From Prasinococcaceae sp. CCMP 1430 (Eukaryota; Plantae; Prasinodermophyta), in assembly GCA_013416795.1 (NCBI GenBank), contig RQSC01000027.1:590416-654415 (forward strand): a stretch of 64,000 nucleotides of DNA, given 5' to 3'. Made by a program: the position numbers and the translations under genes. Below the pieces are notes generated by a model, which was not told the DNA's origin, ran no database searches, and worked only from the letters and a program-made list of their open reading frames with translations. Shown piece by piece: positions 61,960-64,000 of this stretch (positions are counted from its first letter, which is position 1; each line of letters starts with the position of its first letter).

Positions 61960-63756
61960 TCAGAATCCGAGGTCGTGGAAGAGGTCGTCGTCTTCGAACA
62001 GTGTCAACGCCGACGGCAGTTCGCTCATCACATGGTTGGGCCCTCCGCCGTAGCCCATGGACTGGGCGGACATGGGTGGCATCGGCAGCGCACCCATCGG
62101 CGCGCCGCTTCCTCCCATGGCTTGCCCAGGCGCCCCGCCCATGGCGTTGTATCCCGCCCAGCCGCTCATCTGCGCGCCGTACGCGCCGCTGCTGCTGCCG
62201 CTCGCGGCCATCGCTGGCAGCCGCTGCTGCGAGTGCATCGCCATCACGTCGCCGCCATAGGCGTTGTACTGCCCCGGCGGCACGGCGCCGGCGCCCAACG
62301 GACCCTGGAGCTGCTGCTGCTGCCCCTGCTGGTACACGCCGGCGCTCTCCTCCGGAGACAGGGCACCCACGAACGGAAGCATGCCGTCCACGTTGCCAAC
62401 GGCGCCCGCGCCGCCCATGGCAAAGCCCATGCCCGGCGCCGCGTGCTGCATACCCATGACGTGCCCCATGCCTGACGGCCCGGCCAGCCCCTCCGCCATG
62501 TCACTGAGCATGTTGCCGTCCGCGGAGCTCTCGATGCCGCCCGAGGCGGAGTCCGCAGCTGAGTCCGTCGACGTCACCGCCTTCAGCGGAGCCTCCGACA
62601 GCGCGGCCGCCTTTCGCGCCGCGCGTTGGATGGAGGCAGGGCCCAGGTGGTTGGCCACCAGCGCTTCCTTGAAGTTGACGCGCGCCTGCACACCACGCAG
62701 CGCAACGGCCACGTTGTCGTACGCTCGCGCGGCCCGCATCTCGTCGCGGAAGTAGCCGATGTGTCGCAGCTTGCCGTCGCCCAGCGTGCGGATGGTCGCG
62801 CGCCACTTCTTCTGCGAGCGGTCGAAGTACACGCCGAGGTACTTGGACTGTTTCTTGGGCTCGGTCGCCTTGACGATCGAGTCGTTGGCCGGATCCTCGA
62901 CGTCCGGGCCCTGGCCCTCGGGGAAGTTGCACAGCGCGTCGGGGCCGAGGTGCTTGCGCGCGAGCGCGTCGTGCGCGACGGCCGCCTGCTCCTCGGTGCG
63001 GTACGAGCCGAACTGGTGTCGCGACACGTCGGGGATCTTCTTGTAAAGCCGCCACGACTTGGAGTGGTGGTCGCGGTACACGCCGCGGTAGATGCTCACC
63101 TTGCGCTTGGTGGGCTCGCGCAGCGCGCCGCGCGTCAGGTCGGCCGCGCCAGCGCGCGGCGTCTTGCTGGCCGCCTTCTTCGCCGGCGCCTTGGCGTCCC
63201 CCCCGTCCGCGTGGCCGCCGTCGTCGCCCGCGGCGGCGCCCTCGCCCGCGTCTGCCGATTGCTCCGCGGGGCCGCCCACGGTCTGCACGCCGGTGCGCGC
63301 GTAGAACTCCGGCTCGAAGTTCGTCCTCGCGCCGGGCACCCCGAGCTCGATCACGGCCTTGTCGTACGTCTGCGCCGCCTCCTCCTCGTCGACGTAGTAC
63401 CCGAAGTGCTTGTTGTTGCCGCCCATGCGCACGAACACCTTCCACTTGCGCGACTGCTTGTCCCAGCAGACGCCCTTGTACGCGCTGCTGGGCTGCTTGC
63501 GGCCATCCGCGCCGCCGCCCTCGTCCGCGCCCTTGCCGCCGCCGCCCGCCTCGGGCTGCTTGCCCTTGTCGGCCGCCTTGGCCGCCTTGGCCGCGGCGGC
63601 GGCGGCGGCGGCGGGCGGCTTGGCCGAGCCCCTGTCCCTCCTCGCGCCTCCGGACCTCGACTTGTGCTCGCCGCTGCGCCGCGGCTTCTTCGCCGGCGGG
63701 GGCTTCGCCTCCGCAGGGGAGGGACGCTTGGCGGACGCGCGCGCCGCGGGCGCTCC
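61960..63756 (-). CDS. Transcription factor with three AP2 domains; 5' end truncated at the single N at 63757
   Basis: SAYKGVCWDK...HFGYY..EEEAAQTYDKA...TNF; IYRGVY...FGSYRTEEQAAVAHD...CNF; KYLGVY...IGYF.DEMRAARAYD...VNF. Confidence 0.92.
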   Translation of the reverse strand, partial: GAPAARASAKRPSPAEAKPPPAKKPRRSGEHKSRSGGARRDRGSAKPPAAAAAAAAKAAKAADKGKQPEAGGGGKGADEGGGADGRKQPSSAYKGVCWDKQSRKWKVFVRMGGNNKHFGYYVDEEEAAQTYDKAVIELGVPGARTNFEPEFYARTGVQTVGGPAEQSADAGEGAAAGDDGGHADGGDAKAPAKKAASKTPRAGAADLTRGALREPTKRKVSIYRGVYRDHHSKSWRLYKKIPDVSRHQFGSYRTEEQAAVAHDALARKHLGPDALCNFPEGQGPDVEDPANDSIVKATEPKKQSKYLGVYFDRSQKKWRATIRTLGDGKLRHIGYFRDEMRAARAYDNVAVALRGVQARVNFKEALVANHLGPASIQRAARKAAALSEAPLKAVTSTDSAADSASGGIESSADGNMLSDMAEGLAGPSGMGHVMGMQHAAPGMGFAMGGAGAVGNVDGMLPFVGALSPEESAGVYQQGQQQQLQGPLGAGAVPPGQYNAYGGDVMAMHSQQRLPAMAASGSSSGAYGAQMSGWAGYNAMGGAPGQAMGGSGAPMGALPMPPMSAQSMGYGGGPNHVMSELPSALTLFEDDDLFHDLGF

Positions 63757-63758
63757 NG

Positions 63759-64000
63759 GACGGGACGGGGGCGGAAATATGCGAGCAGCTCGAGGCGCAG
63801 TGGGGCATGCGGCCGGCGGACGGCTCGCGGCTGGCTTTCATATGCGGCGCGGGCACGGGAGGCACGCTCGCTGGCGTGCACGCGGCGCTGTGCGAGCGGT
63901 TCGCAGGCGCGCGAGCGTTCCTCGCCGACCCGCAGGGTTCGTCCCTCTTCAATCGCGTGGTGAAGGGGGTCCTGTACACGCGCGAGGAGGCCGAGGGGAA
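63759..64000 (+). CDS. Cysteine synthase-like PLP enzyme, internal fragment (5' part missing at the N, 3' part beyond the window)
   Basis: GTGAEICEQL...FICGAGTGGTLAGV...FLADPQGSSLFNRVVKGVLYTREEAEG. Confidence 0.85.

Noticed and set aside
44915-64000. Many long Arg/Ala/Gly/Pro-rich overlapping ORFs (e.g. 46618-47868, 52208-53434, 56642-58594, 62501-63979)
   Set aside because: Stop-poor alternative frames of recognised genes in very GC-rich DNA; no family motifs.

Overview
Eukaryotic nuclear DNA, very GC-rich and gene-dense, with short spliceosomal introns (donors mostly GTGCG[C/T], CTGAC branch sites, YAG acceptors). The gene content (plastid TatB, plastid-type AlaRS, ISE2-like helicase, AP2-domain protein, CreA) points to a green alga of prasinophyte grade; the species cannot be confirmed from sequence alone. 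It is a draft assembly with a 195-N gap (3326-3520) and four single-N joins (1039, 14296, 28320, 63757). I find one tRNA-Thr(CGT) and about 28 protein-coding loci, many in head-to-head pairs. Main anomalies: (1) 95 nt of the beta-tubulin CDS are base-complemented in place without reversal, most likely a data artefact; (2) a duplicated tubulin exon 3 segment; (3) a 2.4-kb unit bounded by 66-bp inverted repeats that carries a sulfotransferase-like gene next to a CTAG-rich tract; (4) a signal-peptide + tandem WW-like + KDEL protein; (5) a 6.5-kb ORF-poor interval that probably hides a many-exon gene. Family assignments come from recalled motifs, not database searches.
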